64,000 nt of DNA from a virus (Duplodnaviria > Caudoviricetes): the IMG/VR virus record IMGVR_UViG_3300037631_006232, positions 1 to 64,000 of that record, one strand, 5' to 3'. Of this stretch, positions 30,938 through 41,296 are shown piece by piece. The notes below the pieces were generated by a model, which searched no databases, was not told where the DNA came from, and saw only the letters and a list, made by a program, of their open reading frames with translations. Positions within the stretch are counted from its first letter, which is position 1. Each line of letters starts with the position of its first letter. The position numbers and the translations under genes are program-made.

Positions 30938-32605
30938 ATGGCAATCAATTATTCTAGCGTAACCTATATAACCGATGGGCAAGCAATCACTGCTACCAAT
31001 CTTAATGCACCTTCAGTAGACTTAGCTACTAGATCTGTAGAAGTTCAGAGAAACTCTTTGTATGAGGACTTCCTAGAAAACTACAGTAATAGCGTAAAGG
31101 TACGCCTAACTCCGTTAATTTCTTCTTCTCAAGATTCTAGTAATATAGAAATATTTTCTAACCTAAAACAAGAATCCTCAAATAATTATATATCCTACAC
31201 ATTTGCATTAACAGACGCAGTTATTAGTGTTTACTCTGATAAATTTCCAGGATCTAGGTACTTAGTTCAAGGGTCTGAAATAGCTAGCCACTTTAGTAAC
31301 TCAAACCCAGGAGCAACTACCTTACATTCTCCTGGGCTTTTTGTACCTGGGGACGGTATTTATTTAAAAAGACCCACTAAGTATATAACTTCAGTTTCAG
31401 ATACAGGCTCTTTTGCAGAAGACGTACTACCTGCCACAGAAGCAGCTTCTACAGGTAGAACTTATGTAGAGACTGATCAAGCATTGACCAATAGTATAGT
31501 AAAACTACCTTTGAGAAATAAAGTAAGCTTTACTAGTTCAGGGCATAGTGATGTATCAGCTTTCCTAACGGCTCTTGCAGGAGCTCAATGGGGCGGGTCT
31601 ACTATAACTAATCTTGCCGCTTCCGTGAACGGGCAGAATTCTATTACTATAGCAGCAGGCTCTGATACGTACACTCTTTATGTTACCGGGCTACACAACA
31701 CTTTATCCCAAGTGTCTAAAGTTTACATGGAGGGGGCTAGCCTAGTATTGGAGGTTACGGAGTCTACTTCTCCTATATACCACCAAACAGCGGCTACGGC
31801 TTGTACCACTATAGGACTACAGCTGTATGACGAATCTAACTTAACGTATATAGCAAATACTACGGTCATACCGCAAAATTCCGCCCAGTTCTCTATAGGC
31901 ACTGTAGATTTAGATAACGGTTACATGTATATTCAACTAGCTAGGCTTACAGAAACTAGCTTAATAGTTGGCCATAGAGAATTCTCCCTTCTTAGAAACT
32001 ATATATCTAATAACAGTACTTATAGCAGTACTAGTGAACTCAATAATATACACGGGGCCCCTATAGAGTATTACGATACCAATGTTGCAGACTCTTCTAA
32101 ATCTTACAAAGTAGATTTAAGAAGTGAACTGCCTATACCAAAAGGTAAAGTAACTCTTGGTAAGAGATCTGCTATAGTAGCCGACAAGCTAAGATGTGAC
32201 TTTTCTAGAGATCCGCAACTTCTAAGACTTTTAGAATTTAATAAAGGAGCTACCTTAAACCTACTAGAGATAAGAGTGACTGTACTTAAACAAGTTACTA
32301 CAGCTTCTTCGGCTGCCAGCTTTAGAGTAGGTAATTATGTTAAAGCAAAGAATAATAGCAACACTGTTGTTAATAATTTATTCTTCGGGGATACTAACGC
32401 TGTGTCTTATGTAACTATACCTAGTGATTCTCTTACTACGGCTTTAAATGAGCTTAGCGTTACTTCTGTCTTAGGAACAGCCTTCAATGTGCTTTCTTCA
32501 GCTTTAGTAACCAGTAAAACTGATTGCGTAATAGAGATTTCTGAAACAGGAGGTATTGTAATAGATCAAGGTGAGGTTTACGTAGAACTAGACCTTCTTA
32601 TTTAA
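30938..32605 (+). CDS. Virion structural protein (fibre-like)
   Basis: N-terminal DG..I.A..LN.P..DLA.R; Ser/Thr-rich. Confidence 0.5.
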   Translation: MAINYSSVTYITDGQAITATNLNAPSVDLATRSVEVQRNSLYEDFLENYSNSVKVRLTPLISSSQDSSNIEIFSNLKQESSNNYISYTFALTDAVISVYSDKFPGSRYLVQGSEIASHFSNSNPGATTLHSPGLFVPGDGIYLKRPTKYITSVSDTGSFAEDVLPATEAASTGRTYVETDQALTNSIVKLPLRNKVSFTSSGHSDVSAFLTALAGAQWGGSTITNLAASVNGQNSITIAAGSDTYTLYVTGLHNTLSQVSKVYMEGASLVLEVTESTSPIYHQTAATACTTIGLQLYDESNLTYIANTTVIPQNSAQFSIGTVDLDNGYMYIQLARLTETSLIVGHREFSLLRNYISNNSTYSSTSELNNIHGAPIEYYDTNVADSSKSYKVDLRSELPIPKGKVTLGKRSAIVADKLRCDFSRDPQLLRLLEFNKGATLNLLEIRVTVLKQVTTASSAASFRVGNYVKAKNNSNTVVNNLFFGDTNAVSYVTIPSDSLTTALNELSVTSVLGTAFNVLSSALVTSKTDCVIEISETGGIVIDQGEVYVELDLLI

Positions 32606-33130
32606 GACCATCTGTATATCCTTAGAGTTCTTATCCCCTACCCGCTTACGAACTTCAAGAGCAGATCTAGTAACTACAGTGGGCTGAAGTAATAAATCTC
32701 TACACAGCAGGGCTGCGGCCCAGCTATCGCATATATCCGAGTTGGTAGAAGGGCAACCCCATTTGCCCGCAGCAGAAATCATCTCTTCTTTAGAGGCTGT
32801 ACCTTTGCCCGCTAGAAAAAGCTTTAACTGAGTAGGAGGTACGGAAACACTAAATATACCTAGCTCTATTAAAGTTAGTTTAAGTACTCCCAATACTTCT
32901 CCTAATATAAACTCTTTATGAGTGGAACCGTAGGAAGGAGCTTCCATTACTCCCATGAAAATTAACTTACCTTCTAAAAAACTCTTTAACTCGCTATGTA
33001 TATATTGTAGTCTCTCAGCATCCCTTCTCTTACCTGGTCTTATATGTAGGGTTTCAGAAGAGATGTTACTGATTAAACTAACTCCAGTACCTGTTGCACT
33101 AGGGTCTATTCCGAGAAAGAAGGTGTCCAT
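32588..33130 (-). CDS. ruvC: Holliday junction resolvase, RuvC family
   Basis: LGIDPSATGTG, VME, P..LK....GKG.A.K..M and DICDS motifs; GGAG SD before 33130. Confidence 0.85.
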   Translation of the reverse strand: MDTFFLGIDPSATGTGVSLISNISSETLHIRPGKRRDAERLQYIHSELKSFLEGKLIFMGVMEAPSYGSTHKEFILGEVLGVLKLTLIELGIFSVSVPPTQLKLFLAGKGTASKEEMISAAGKWGCPSTNSDICDSWAAALLCRDLLLQPTVVTRSALEVRKRVGDKNSKDIQMVLNKKV

Positions 33131-33520
33131 TTGAGCTCCCAAGTTTCTGCTGATCTATATTTTAACACAGAAGTTAGTTCTTCTGGAGAGTACAGTATAA
33201 CTATGGAAATAGTTAATCCTAACAAAATACAAAAAGAACTATTTGTTGTTACTAGAAAAGATCCTATGAGTAAAGACGTAAGTTTTAGAAGGGTTGCGTC
33301 TATACACGACCTTTTGAACCTAAAAAAAACAGGCGTATCTGAAAGTACCACTTACTTATCTGATAGAGTAACCATTAAAACTAATAGCATTTCTTTAGTC
33401 AAGGATTATAGGGACACTGTACCAAAAGTTTTACAGGATCTAATCAATGATATTGGTAACAATGCTATTACCCTTATAGGTAAACAAGAAACCATATCTG
33501 TGGAGTATTCTGATGAGTAA
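33131..33520 (+). CDS. Hypothetical virion protein (paralog family with the next two genes)
   Basis: Shares the LFV...F.RVA..DL...Y pattern with the next two ORFs. Confidence 0.5.
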   Translation: MSSQVSADLYFNTEVSSSGEYSITMEIVNPNKIQKELFVVTRKDPMSKDVSFRRVASIHDLLNLKKTGVSESTTYLSDRVTIKTNSISLVKDYRDTVPKVLQDLINDIGNNAITLIGKQETISVEYSDE

Positions 33521-34232
33521 CTTATACAATGTAACTAAAGCCATTGTTTTCACCGAACTCAGTAGTGACAATTTCTATTGGACACTTACGGTAACTATCA
33601 ATTCTAGTGTTAATGTATCGAACAAACCTTTCTTACTTGAGTCTTTTGTAGATTCTAATGTAGACATAGCGGAGTTTTCTGGAGAGCAGAGGTTTATACG
33701 TACGCTACTAAACTCAGAAATTGGAAAATACCCACCTAAGGCGGACATAACAACCACTACTATAGCAAGATGGGTAACCTACAGAACAAATACTTTTACT
33801 AATAAATTCTACACGTACAAGGCCTTACAATCGGCTCTACAGTCTATAGAAACTGTTTTAAAAGCAAACACAGGTTCGTATTCTCCAGAAGACATTAAAC
33901 CTTTTAAAGCAGCTATTAAGAATATAACGTATAGCAGCTTAGGTAAAGATTCTTCTGATAGGACTAAGCTATATGAGGGAGATACTTTGGCCATCAGTTT
34001 TTCAGGAGGCAGTGGAGAGGTATCAATTACTTGCGCCGGGGTTTCCCTTATTAATCTACAGCCCAGCAACCACCTCAAAGCTAACTCTAGGTTGTATAGG
34101 ATACCTTTAGTTAGTGGAGCTACCTTTTCTAATATAGTTGTTACTGATAGTAACGCAAACTCAGTAGTGACTTTCCCCATAAGCATTTTAAAGCCAGATA
34201 ATTATGGCTCTACAACAGAGGATATACTATGA
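33513..34232 (+). CDS. Hypothetical virion protein
   Basis: Coupled ORF with a related N-terminal domain. Confidence 0.5.
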   Translation: MSNLYNVTKAIVFTELSSDNFYWTLTVTINSSVNVSNKPFLLESFVDSNVDIAEFSGEQRFIRTLLNSEIGKYPPKADITTTTIARWVTYRTNTFTNKFYTYKALQSALQSIETVLKANTGSYSPEDIKPFKAAIKNITYSSLGKDSSDRTKLYEGDTLAISFSGGSGEVSITCAGVSLINLQPSNHLKANSRLYRIPLVSGATFSNIVVTDSNANSVVTFPISILKPDNYGSTTEDIL

Positions 34233-35275
34233 GCACGACTAAACCGGTCTATGTTACCCAAGCTAGAGGAGGAGTGGCGGATACAGCTTCTGTAACAGGA
34301 GTAGCCTATCAGGTAAGAACTGTAGTGCACAAAAATAATGCGTATACAGGGGATAACCAAGATAAAGATTATCTATTAAACTTATTTGTATACAGTATCG
34401 TAGACTCTTCTGATGCAGCTCAAGATACTTTTGACCATTATGCTACTATAGCGGATTTGGATCTAATACCAACTGCTAGAGATCAGGCCGTAACGAGAGG
34501 ATTATCTCAGTATAGAGATAACGTAAACCTCGTAAAGTTTGATAATTTAAGTGTCGCTACTACAGCTGCACAAGTAATTAGAGACACTCTTAATAACGTT
34601 GTCAGCACTTATTTGAAAGTAAAGTCCGAGTTTACCGGATCTTCTACGCACTACTTCCCTTATAACGTAGAAATAGCTACTCTTAGAACAGAGTACATAG
34701 AGGCGTACACTACGGCAAGGGACGCAAGAGCCTTGGCTGAGCAGTCTCAAGATATTTCTCAAAATTCTTATGATTCGTTGCAAAAAGATAATACCACCCT
34801 AGCAGATTCTAAGACTAAAATATGCGAGCTGTATGAGTACACCTCCAAGCTTCAGACTTTATCTTCTGTGGTATCTAGCAAGTACAAAGAGACACTTAAG
34901 GGTCTTGTACAGGAATTTAGAGAGGATACAGATGACTACAATGCGGCTTACAATGCAGCTATGACTGCTTTAGAAGACTACATAGACGATTCCTCAAACT
35001 ACGTATTCGACTCTAACTGGGCTAATACTATTACAGCTACAAACGCCGGTTCAGGGCTATCTTTACTAGGCCTTATTATACAAACAAATGCGTTGGCTCA
35101 AACTTATTGCTCCAACTATGGAAACCTAGTTGCAGCTTCGGACCTAAATAAAAGCGCCGCACTAGAGGACCTTAACGAGAAGCAGGCTTCCAAAGAAGCT
35201 GCCGCTACGATCGAACAAGATGCTTTGGCTACTCTTTCTGTTTACTGCCCTAATCTTGATCCTGCAACTCTTTAA
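34229..35275 (+). CDS. Hypothetical virion protein with C-terminal coiled coil
   Basis: Coupled ORF; LFVY..D..FDHYAT.ADL. Confidence 0.5.
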   Translation: MSTTKPVYVTQARGGVADTASVTGVAYQVRTVVHKNNAYTGDNQDKDYLLNLFVYSIVDSSDAAQDTFDHYATIADLDLIPTARDQAVTRGLSQYRDNVNLVKFDNLSVATTAAQVIRDTLNNVVSTYLKVKSEFTGSSTHYFPYNVEIATLRTEYIEAYTTARDARALAEQSQDISQNSYDSLQKDNTTLADSKTKICELYEYTSKLQTLSSVVSSKYKETLKGLVQEFREDTDDYNAAYNAAMTALEDYIDDSSNYVFDSNWANTITATNAGSGLSLLGLIIQTNALAQTYCSNYGNLVAASDLNKSAALEDLNEKQASKEAAATIEQDALATLSVYCPNLDPATL

Positions 35276-37502
35276 GAGATTCCAAGTAGAAGTTAAGTCT
35301 AGAAATAGTGCCTAATAGGTAGTGCCTACTTCGGTAATCTACGTCTGAATCTATAAGACCATTTAGCATGGTTTCTAAGATAGTTACCAGCCTTATGGCC
35401 GAACCATACTCTTCTAGAACTTCGCACATTTTAAGAAACTGCCCCATCCTGATAGTAATATTATAGTTATTATTTAGAGTACAGTTCACATGGAGTCTAA
35501 GAGCATCAGTAACGTAACTAAACAATTTTAAATGCTTAGGCACTCTAGAACTGCTAAATATACTAAGGCTCTTCATTCTAGATTTTTCGGCCTCGCCAAG
35601 ATCCAGTATTTTCATAGCTTCTATAGTATTATCAGGAGCTTTTAGTACCAATTCTATATTACCAAAATTCTCTAACCACACTGATTCTTTGGTATTTTGA
35701 AGCATTGTTACCTCTGTATATAATAATCTAAGGCCTCTCATGTACAAGCTTTTTAAATCCATAGGAGCCTTAGCAGCACTGCAAGCAATTAGAGTGGTAT
35801 CTACATTAGGCCAATTATCCGGTAACACGCTCCTTCCACTATTAAAATCAGCCTTTACTACCTCTATAGCGGATTTATCTAAGTTTCCTACATACAAGGT
35901 AGTAGTATCAATTAGACTTATTTGGTTAAAGATATTACTATGGAACTTAGGTCTACTTGCTATAAACAGGGGATTAAACAAAGCATCAAACGCCCTACCA
36001 TTCTGTAGACCCAAATCATAAAGCATTTCTTTCCTAAACATAAAAGCTTCGTTTAGAATATGGTATAGGCCAGTAGACATCAATTTCCTGAATTTTACAA
36101 TATTTAGAGTTTTACTAAAATTTAATATATCGTAGAACTCCTTAGAAGCCATAGTACGTTTGGGGTACTCAGAGGCTAGGGGAAAATGTAAACAATCTCT
36201 ACTAATTTTGTACAACCAAGTAGAAGAGCTACTTATGTAGCTAGATAGTTTTTGTCTAGTATACCTAAGATAAGCAGTCTTTGACTCTTTAACTAAAGCT
36301 TTTAAAGTAGACATACATGTAGGAGGGCTAGCTAATGGGTTACTTCCTACTATAGATACATATAGGTCAGCACCTCCATCTATAAGAACCTTGTTTGTTA
36401 GGGTATCGACCCTAACCTTCGGAAACATACCTCCTACAGGATCTACTCTAAGCCTCTTTCTGCTTACTATGTTCGAAGACTCCTCATCTATTTCTTCCGT
36501 AAAAGCATAATTTTCGGACTCCTCTAAATATATATAATCTTCACCAAAATTACGGAAGGCTACTACACTAGCTTCTTTAAGGAATGCGTGTAGTGCATGC
36601 ATATCGTAAGGACAAGCAAGCGTAGAATTCTTGCCTAGGCGCGCTGATTTGTACAACCACGATCGATACATATGGGCTTTATAGACAGGTAAATCTGGGT
36701 CCAAAGGATCTACGCTGGCGTAGCCGCCCGATTCCAGACTAGCTAGAGGCAGCCACCATTCCAACTTAGAGTTCATAAGATGGTATATAGCGTTTACCAC
36801 TTGGGCATAACAAGATCTCTCCAAAGCACCTGCATGCTCGTTAGAAAATCTAAGGTACAAGTAGTCCTCTACAGAGGCGCACTCTAGAACAATAAAAGGC
36901 ACCGGAGCATCTATAGTAGCCTCATCGTATAAGATATTAAACATATCTCCTACTAGTCTGCGTAGGCCATGCATGCCGGAACCCAGTAACTTAGACCAAA
37001 TAGTAGCAGCCTCTTCACCTATAACATAACAATTAACAGCCGCAGGATTATTTGCTAGTATATGGAATATTTTTAGGTTCTGGTTTGAGATACCTGCAGG
37101 GATTTTTGTTTTAAGATTTAGGAACAAATTGCCTATAGTTCGAACACCTCGCCTAGAATAATTAGAGTACCCCAAGAATTTAGTTTTTAACCGAAGATGT
37201 TTAGAACTCTCGGGGTCCGGCTCTAAAAACTGGTGTAGGTTTTTAAACATTTCTTTGTAGGCATTATCACTAGTAATACACACTTCTTCAAAAGAACAGT
37301 ACTTAGCTAGTCTTCTAATATCTATGAAATTGTCTTCGAAAGTATCGTTTCTACTAAAGTTCAAACCCTTTAGAGGGGTATCTAGAGCTATAATCAGTAA
37401 ACTATCGTAGTTCGTGTAACCCTCTACTAGTGTAATATTTCCTTCAGAATCTAAGCCTAAGGCTAATACAGTATCTTCTAGATAGGTTATATCTATATGC
37501 AC
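35250..37502 (-). CDS. Large hypothetical protein (RT operon)
   Basis: 750 aa; last gene of an overlapping minus-strand run. Confidence 0.6.
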   Translation of the reverse strand: MHIDITYLEDTVLALGLDSEGNITLVEGYTNYDSLLIIALDTPLKGLNFSRNDTFEDNFIDIRRLAKYCSFEEVCITSDNAYKEMFKNLHQFLEPDPESSKHLRLKTKFLGYSNYSRRGVRTIGNLFLNLKTKIPAGISNQNLKIFHILANNPAAVNCYVIGEEAATIWSKLLGSGMHGLRRLVGDMFNILYDEATIDAPVPFIVLECASVEDYLYLRFSNEHAGALERSCYAQVVNAIYHLMNSKLEWWLPLASLESGGYASVDPLDPDLPVYKAHMYRSWLYKSARLGKNSTLACPYDMHALHAFLKEASVVAFRNFGEDYIYLEESENYAFTEEIDEESSNIVSRKRLRVDPVGGMFPKVRVDTLTNKVLIDGGADLYVSIVGSNPLASPPTCMSTLKALVKESKTAYLRYTRQKLSSYISSSSTWLYKISRDCLHFPLASEYPKRTMASKEFYDILNFSKTLNIVKFRKLMSTGLYHILNEAFMFRKEMLYDLGLQNGRAFDALFNPLFIASRPKFHSNIFNQISLIDTTTLYVGNLDKSAIEVVKADFNSGRSVLPDNWPNVDTTLIACSAAKAPMDLKSLYMRGLRLLYTEVTMLQNTKESVWLENFGNIELVLKAPDNTIEAMKILDLGEAEKSRMKSLSIFSSSRVPKHLKLFSYVTDALRLHVNCTLNNNYNITIRMGQFLKMCEVLEEYGSAIRLVTILETMLNGLIDSDVDYRSRHYLLGTISRLNFYLESLKELQDQD

Positions 37503-37750
37503 TACTTAAGCCTACGCCTAGTGTTGCCGGATACCTTAGTAATATCGAATAGGCTTAGAAGTTCTTTATTACTTAACTGCAAAGGTATCTGAAGTGCTAG
37601 AAGTTCTTGGCTGACTTCCTCTTTACCTACCAGCAATACCGCTTCGATGTTTACTAGGCCCGTAGCCTCATGTAAAGATAGGTCTATATTAGTTATCTCT
37701 ACGTGAGCACTAGGTACTTTTGTTACTAGCTGTGAAAGTTTAATTTTCAT
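37502..37750 (-). CDS. Hypothetical protein
   Basis: Overlaps both neighbours. Confidence 0.5.
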   Translation of the reverse strand: MKIKLSQLVTKVPSAHVEITNIDLSLHEATGLVNIEAVLLVGKEEVSQELLALQIPLQLSNKELLSLFDITKVSGNTRRRLK

Positions 37751-39710
37751 AATAGTCCGTCTCTATGGGAAAGGCATTAAGAACTACACGTACGGGCCAT
37801 CCAACAGCTGAGGCGTACGAAACATAAGTGTTTATGTAGTTGGTTAGTAGGTCTATAGTATTTGTAGACTTTGAAAGTTCTTTTAGATACTTATTACTAG
37901 GCAGGCTTATGTGTACGTTAGCCAAGGGCATAACGCTTTTATTAATCCCAAAACTACCCGAACTAACTATTGTTCTTGGCATAGTAATATCTATAAATGC
38001 TTGTACTAAGTACAAAATTCTATGAGATATGTCCGTCATCCAACTACTAGAATAGACTCTAGAGCCGGCTAGATCTCCGTAAGTAAGCATAAACTCTTCT
38101 GCAGTTATGGAGATATACCAAGGGGCATCTGAGCTGGTAAACTCTTCTTCACAGTTATAAGCCGAGTACTTATGTGTGGGTAGCAAAATAGACCACTTGG
38201 ACGATTTTTCATTAGAAAATTTCTCTAGCCCGCCTATACCCGTATGTATTCGTGAGGTGTGATTACCAATGAACTTCCCACGATTTAGCTCTGTGCCCCA
38301 ATCATGAAATAAGGTATCGCAAGCTTTACTATCCATGGCGAACTCCATAAAGTCCACCATACAGGATGGCAATACTATAGCTCCGTAAAAGAATTTACTA
38401 TTAGAAGTAAGTATGCCCATAGCTTTTTTTACTGAAGTAGATAGTTCTATTGAACTAAACCGGGTATAAAGAAGCGAGGTAAAAGCACTAGCTATACCCC
38501 CCTTATCTTCTGATACATATAGATGCATGCTAGCAGCTATTCTTAGTAAAGTAGTGTCTACTCTATAAATTTCTCTAGTTACCGCCCCCCTACAAGCTTT
38601 TGAAACATCTATAAATCGATAAGCTGTCGCTGTATTTAACTTAACAGAGCTACAACTATCCGCCAGAAGGCATCTAGAACATTCTTTTTCCCTAAACGCC
38701 TTAATAGTAGTTCTTCTAAGAGCGTCTTCAAAATGGGCCGTAATTCCAGATACTATAGTACTCTCTTCTTTATTGGTCTTGGTTAGTAGTATCTGATCTG
38801 TACTTCTAGGAGTACCACTTCTTTCGACGTAGCTACTATTAAGTAGCCTAAAGGTACTTTCTCTAATCGTCCTATGAGCACCCATAGGGGCATACTGTAG
38901 AGAGTTACTGTCTGATAGTCTCCTAACTACTTTGTCCATCTGCTTAGTAGTTAATCTAAACCCATAGCTAACCTGTTGCTCTGTTAACTCAGGTAAGCAG
39001 TTGTGGTTTTTAGAACAACTCAAACATCCTGCCATGTACAAACTAGCCAGTTGGTCACATGCGTCTGAAAACTCATCAACTAGGTTTACTGAGCATACTT
39101 GATCTCCTAGTTGGTAGTACAAGTGCAGTTTATTGCTTATTTTACTGTAGAAATTTAACATTAAACTTTCAGGTACGTAAGGGCTTAGTAAGGTAAACTC
39201 ACTAAAAGCGTCTTCCCGCAACAGTTCTAGATAGTTTGAATATTTGTGGCTACGTTCTAAAGCAGACTCTAAAGCATCTGGGTCTTGGTCGAAGAGTTTG
39301 GCTAAGTGAAAATTTTCAATGAAAGAGGCCTCCCACGCATTCTTATGCCTAGTAAGCGTTAGAGGGCTTTCTACCGCACACATGAGTAGTTTTGAATACA
39401 CCGCATACGAAGGACCATCTAGTACATAAACCTCCGGCCAAACTTCTAAAAGATTATCTACCACTTCCTGAATTGCTACAGGGTCTTTTGTAGTTACAGC
39501 TATACACGCAGATTCGTCTCCCCCTGTTAGTACGGGCACCGCAGTACTCCCTCTCCAACTATAACCTTTTTCACTTTCTTTTTTAGCTGCACCTACCCAG
39601 TTTTTTGGGTCTTTTCTGAATTCATACCATATAGGATCAGGAAAGCCTTCGTTCTTATAGTAGGTAGGCTCGCTTAGCCTCGTAGTAAAAATATAAATAG
39701 GCCTAGACAT
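37740..39710 (-). CDS. Large hypothetical protein with two CxxC-x5-C clusters
   Basis: CLSCSKNHNC and CSRCLLADSC; start overlaps the RT stop. Confidence 0.6.
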   Translation of the reverse strand: MSRPIYIFTTRLSEPTYYKNEGFPDPIWYEFRKDPKNWVGAAKKESEKGYSWRGSTAVPVLTGGDESACIAVTTKDPVAIQEVVDNLLEVWPEVYVLDGPSYAVYSKLLMCAVESPLTLTRHKNAWEASFIENFHLAKLFDQDPDALESALERSHKYSNYLELLREDAFSEFTLLSPYVPESLMLNFYSKISNKLHLYYQLGDQVCSVNLVDEFSDACDQLASLYMAGCLSCSKNHNCLPELTEQQVSYGFRLTTKQMDKVVRRLSDSNSLQYAPMGAHRTIRESTFRLLNSSYVERSGTPRSTDQILLTKTNKEESTIVSGITAHFEDALRRTTIKAFREKECSRCLLADSCSSVKLNTATAYRFIDVSKACRGAVTREIYRVDTTLLRIAASMHLYVSEDKGGIASAFTSLLYTRFSSIELSTSVKKAMGILTSNSKFFYGAIVLPSCMVDFMEFAMDSKACDTLFHDWGTELNRGKFIGNHTSRIHTGIGGLEKFSNEKSSKWSILLPTHKYSAYNCEEEFTSSDAPWYISITAEEFMLTYGDLAGSRVYSSSWMTDISHRILYLVQAFIDITMPRTIVSSGSFGINKSVMPLANVHISLPSNKYLKELSKSTNTIDLLTNYINTYVSYASAVGWPVRVVLNAFPIETDYYEN

Positions 39711-40659
39711 ATATCTCCTTAAGTTTAAGTAAATAGCTCTCTACTAGAGTAGCTCTAGTACTAGCAAGGTAAGGTTTCCAGTAGTTGGCCCTACCTTCAA
39801 TGGAGGGTAGCAAAGATGCTTCTTCCTCTAATTTAAAGAAGTCCCTAGCCCTTTTCTCTTGGGTAGGCCTTTCTATTTCCGAGCAGGTTGTTAGGTTATG
39901 TAAGATAGCTTTAAACCGTAACCATTTCTTTTTAGGAATATTTGGCTTTGTATTACACACAAATCCAAGAGCTTTTTGCTTTCTGTAGTAAGGAAGGATT
40001 TTCTTTTTGTGGCTTTTCCATCCTAGTGTTGAAGCTATCTCCTCTAATTTAGCCACCACATCTTTACCGCTTATTTTGTTATCGCTAAATCCTAAGTACA
40101 GATTATCACTGTATCTTGTGTAGGTAGCTGCCGGGAACTCCTTCAATACCTTAGGATCCAATAAGAATTCACTGACTTTATTGCTTAGCAGAGGGCTTAC
40201 TACAGATCCTTGGGGTAAGAAGCTTTTCCCCGAAGCATTTTTTACACAACAAAGTCTAGAAATTAGATAAGCCACTCTATCTGTAAAACCATGGTGCATG
40301 AGCATGGACTTTACTTGTTTTAGCTTTATAGAGTGGAAATGATTTACAAAATCTACCGTAACTAATAGCGGGTGGCCGATGAGTCGTTTAGCTGCAGCAT
40401 CTATCCCTACTCCTGGGACATAAGCATAAGAGTACCCGTTCGAGGGTAACATTTCTTCTAGGTACTCCTTTAAAGCTTTATGCACTTTTTTTAGAGCAGG
40501 AGACACTTTGTACACCTGGCGAGTCTTCCTTCCTTTAGGTATTCTAATAGATGTAAAATGACTAGTAAATTCCTCAGGCCTGTAATTACATTTAGATAGC
40601 CAAATCAATACCTTATATTCTATATTTAGCCTATTAGCTAGTAATCTAGGTGTTATCAT
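39703..40659 (-). CDS. Retron-type reverse transcriptase (YSDN variant)
   Basis: IPK..R, SYAY..G..I..A, VDFVNHFHSI, LPQG...SP.LSN, YTRYSDNL, and QKALG in place of QxVTG; 318 aa with no maturase or endonuclease domain. Confidence 0.88.
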   Translation of the reverse strand: MITPRLLANRLNIEYKVLIWLSKCNYRPEEFTSHFTSIRIPKGRKTRQVYKVSPALKKVHKALKEYLEEMLPSNGYSYAYVPGVGIDAAAKRLIGHPLLVTVDFVNHFHSIKLKQVKSMLMHHGFTDRVAYLISRLCCVKNASGKSFLPQGSVVSPLLSNKVSEFLLDPKVLKEFPAATYTRYSDNLYLGFSDNKISGKDVVAKLEEIASTLGWKSHKKKILPYYRKQKALGFVCNTKPNIPKKKWLRFKAILHNLTTCSEIERPTQEKRARDFFKLEEEASLLPSIEGRANYWKPYLASTRATLVESYLLKLKEIYV

Positions 40660-41296
40660 AACCTACCCCTTCCTTACAAAAAGCGCACCCTAAAGCGCAC
40701 TCTTTGGACACGTACATGAGTTGGTACGCACAGGATTCTAGAACTTTATCTAGTGAGAATATCTTCTCAGAATCTTCTAGTTCGTAGGTTAGTATTTGAG
40801 TAGTCTCGCATTTGAACAGAAAGGTATAGGTAGCTCCGCCCAGCTTAACCGAATCCATACTAACTTCTTTGTCTTCAATATGTAGGGCTTCAAAAATTTC
40901 ATAGGAACTGTTTAATTCTGTACTTAGTGCTTGTAATCCATAAGGCTTCTGACAGGCCAGCGCTACGTACGATTCCGAGTAGCTTAAAGGAACTTCGGAG
41001 ATAGTAGATATACTGTTTAAGAAACTAGGTTCTTGTATAAGGTAATCTAGTAGCTCATAGGAAGTTCGAGCATACTTATCTACTATAAAATAATTCCCAT
41101 AATTAGCCAACTCTTCTAGCATACGCTGCTCATTCTCGAATAGTATAAAAGAGCTAACAGTAGATCTAGTCTTACTACCCGGAATTATTACCCTATACTC
41201 GGGCCTATTAATAAACTCAAAAGATACTGCTCCTTTACTTAGTTTAAAAGGGCTGATTATTAGATCTTGTATAGGCTTAGAGGAATACCTAAACAT
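40646..41296 (-). CDS. Hypothetical protein with C-terminal CxxxCxxC
   Basis: CALGCAFC at the C-terminus; overlaps both the RT and the vWA gene. Confidence 0.55.
   Translation of the reverse strand: MFRYSSKPIQDLIISPFKLSKGAVSFEFINRPEYRVIIPGSKTRSTVSSFILFENEQRMLEELANYGNYFIVDKYARTSYELLDYLIQEPSFLNSISTISEVPLSYSESYVALACQKPYGLQALSTELNSSYEIFEALHIEDKEVSMDSVKLGGATYTFLFKCETTQILTYELEDSEKIFSLDKVLESCAYQLMYVSKECALGCAFCKEGVGYDNT

Noticed and set aside
39703-40659. Group II intron or DGR reverse transcriptase
   Set aside because: No maturase domain or intron RNA context, no TR/VR repeat pair noticed, and the motifs are retron-like
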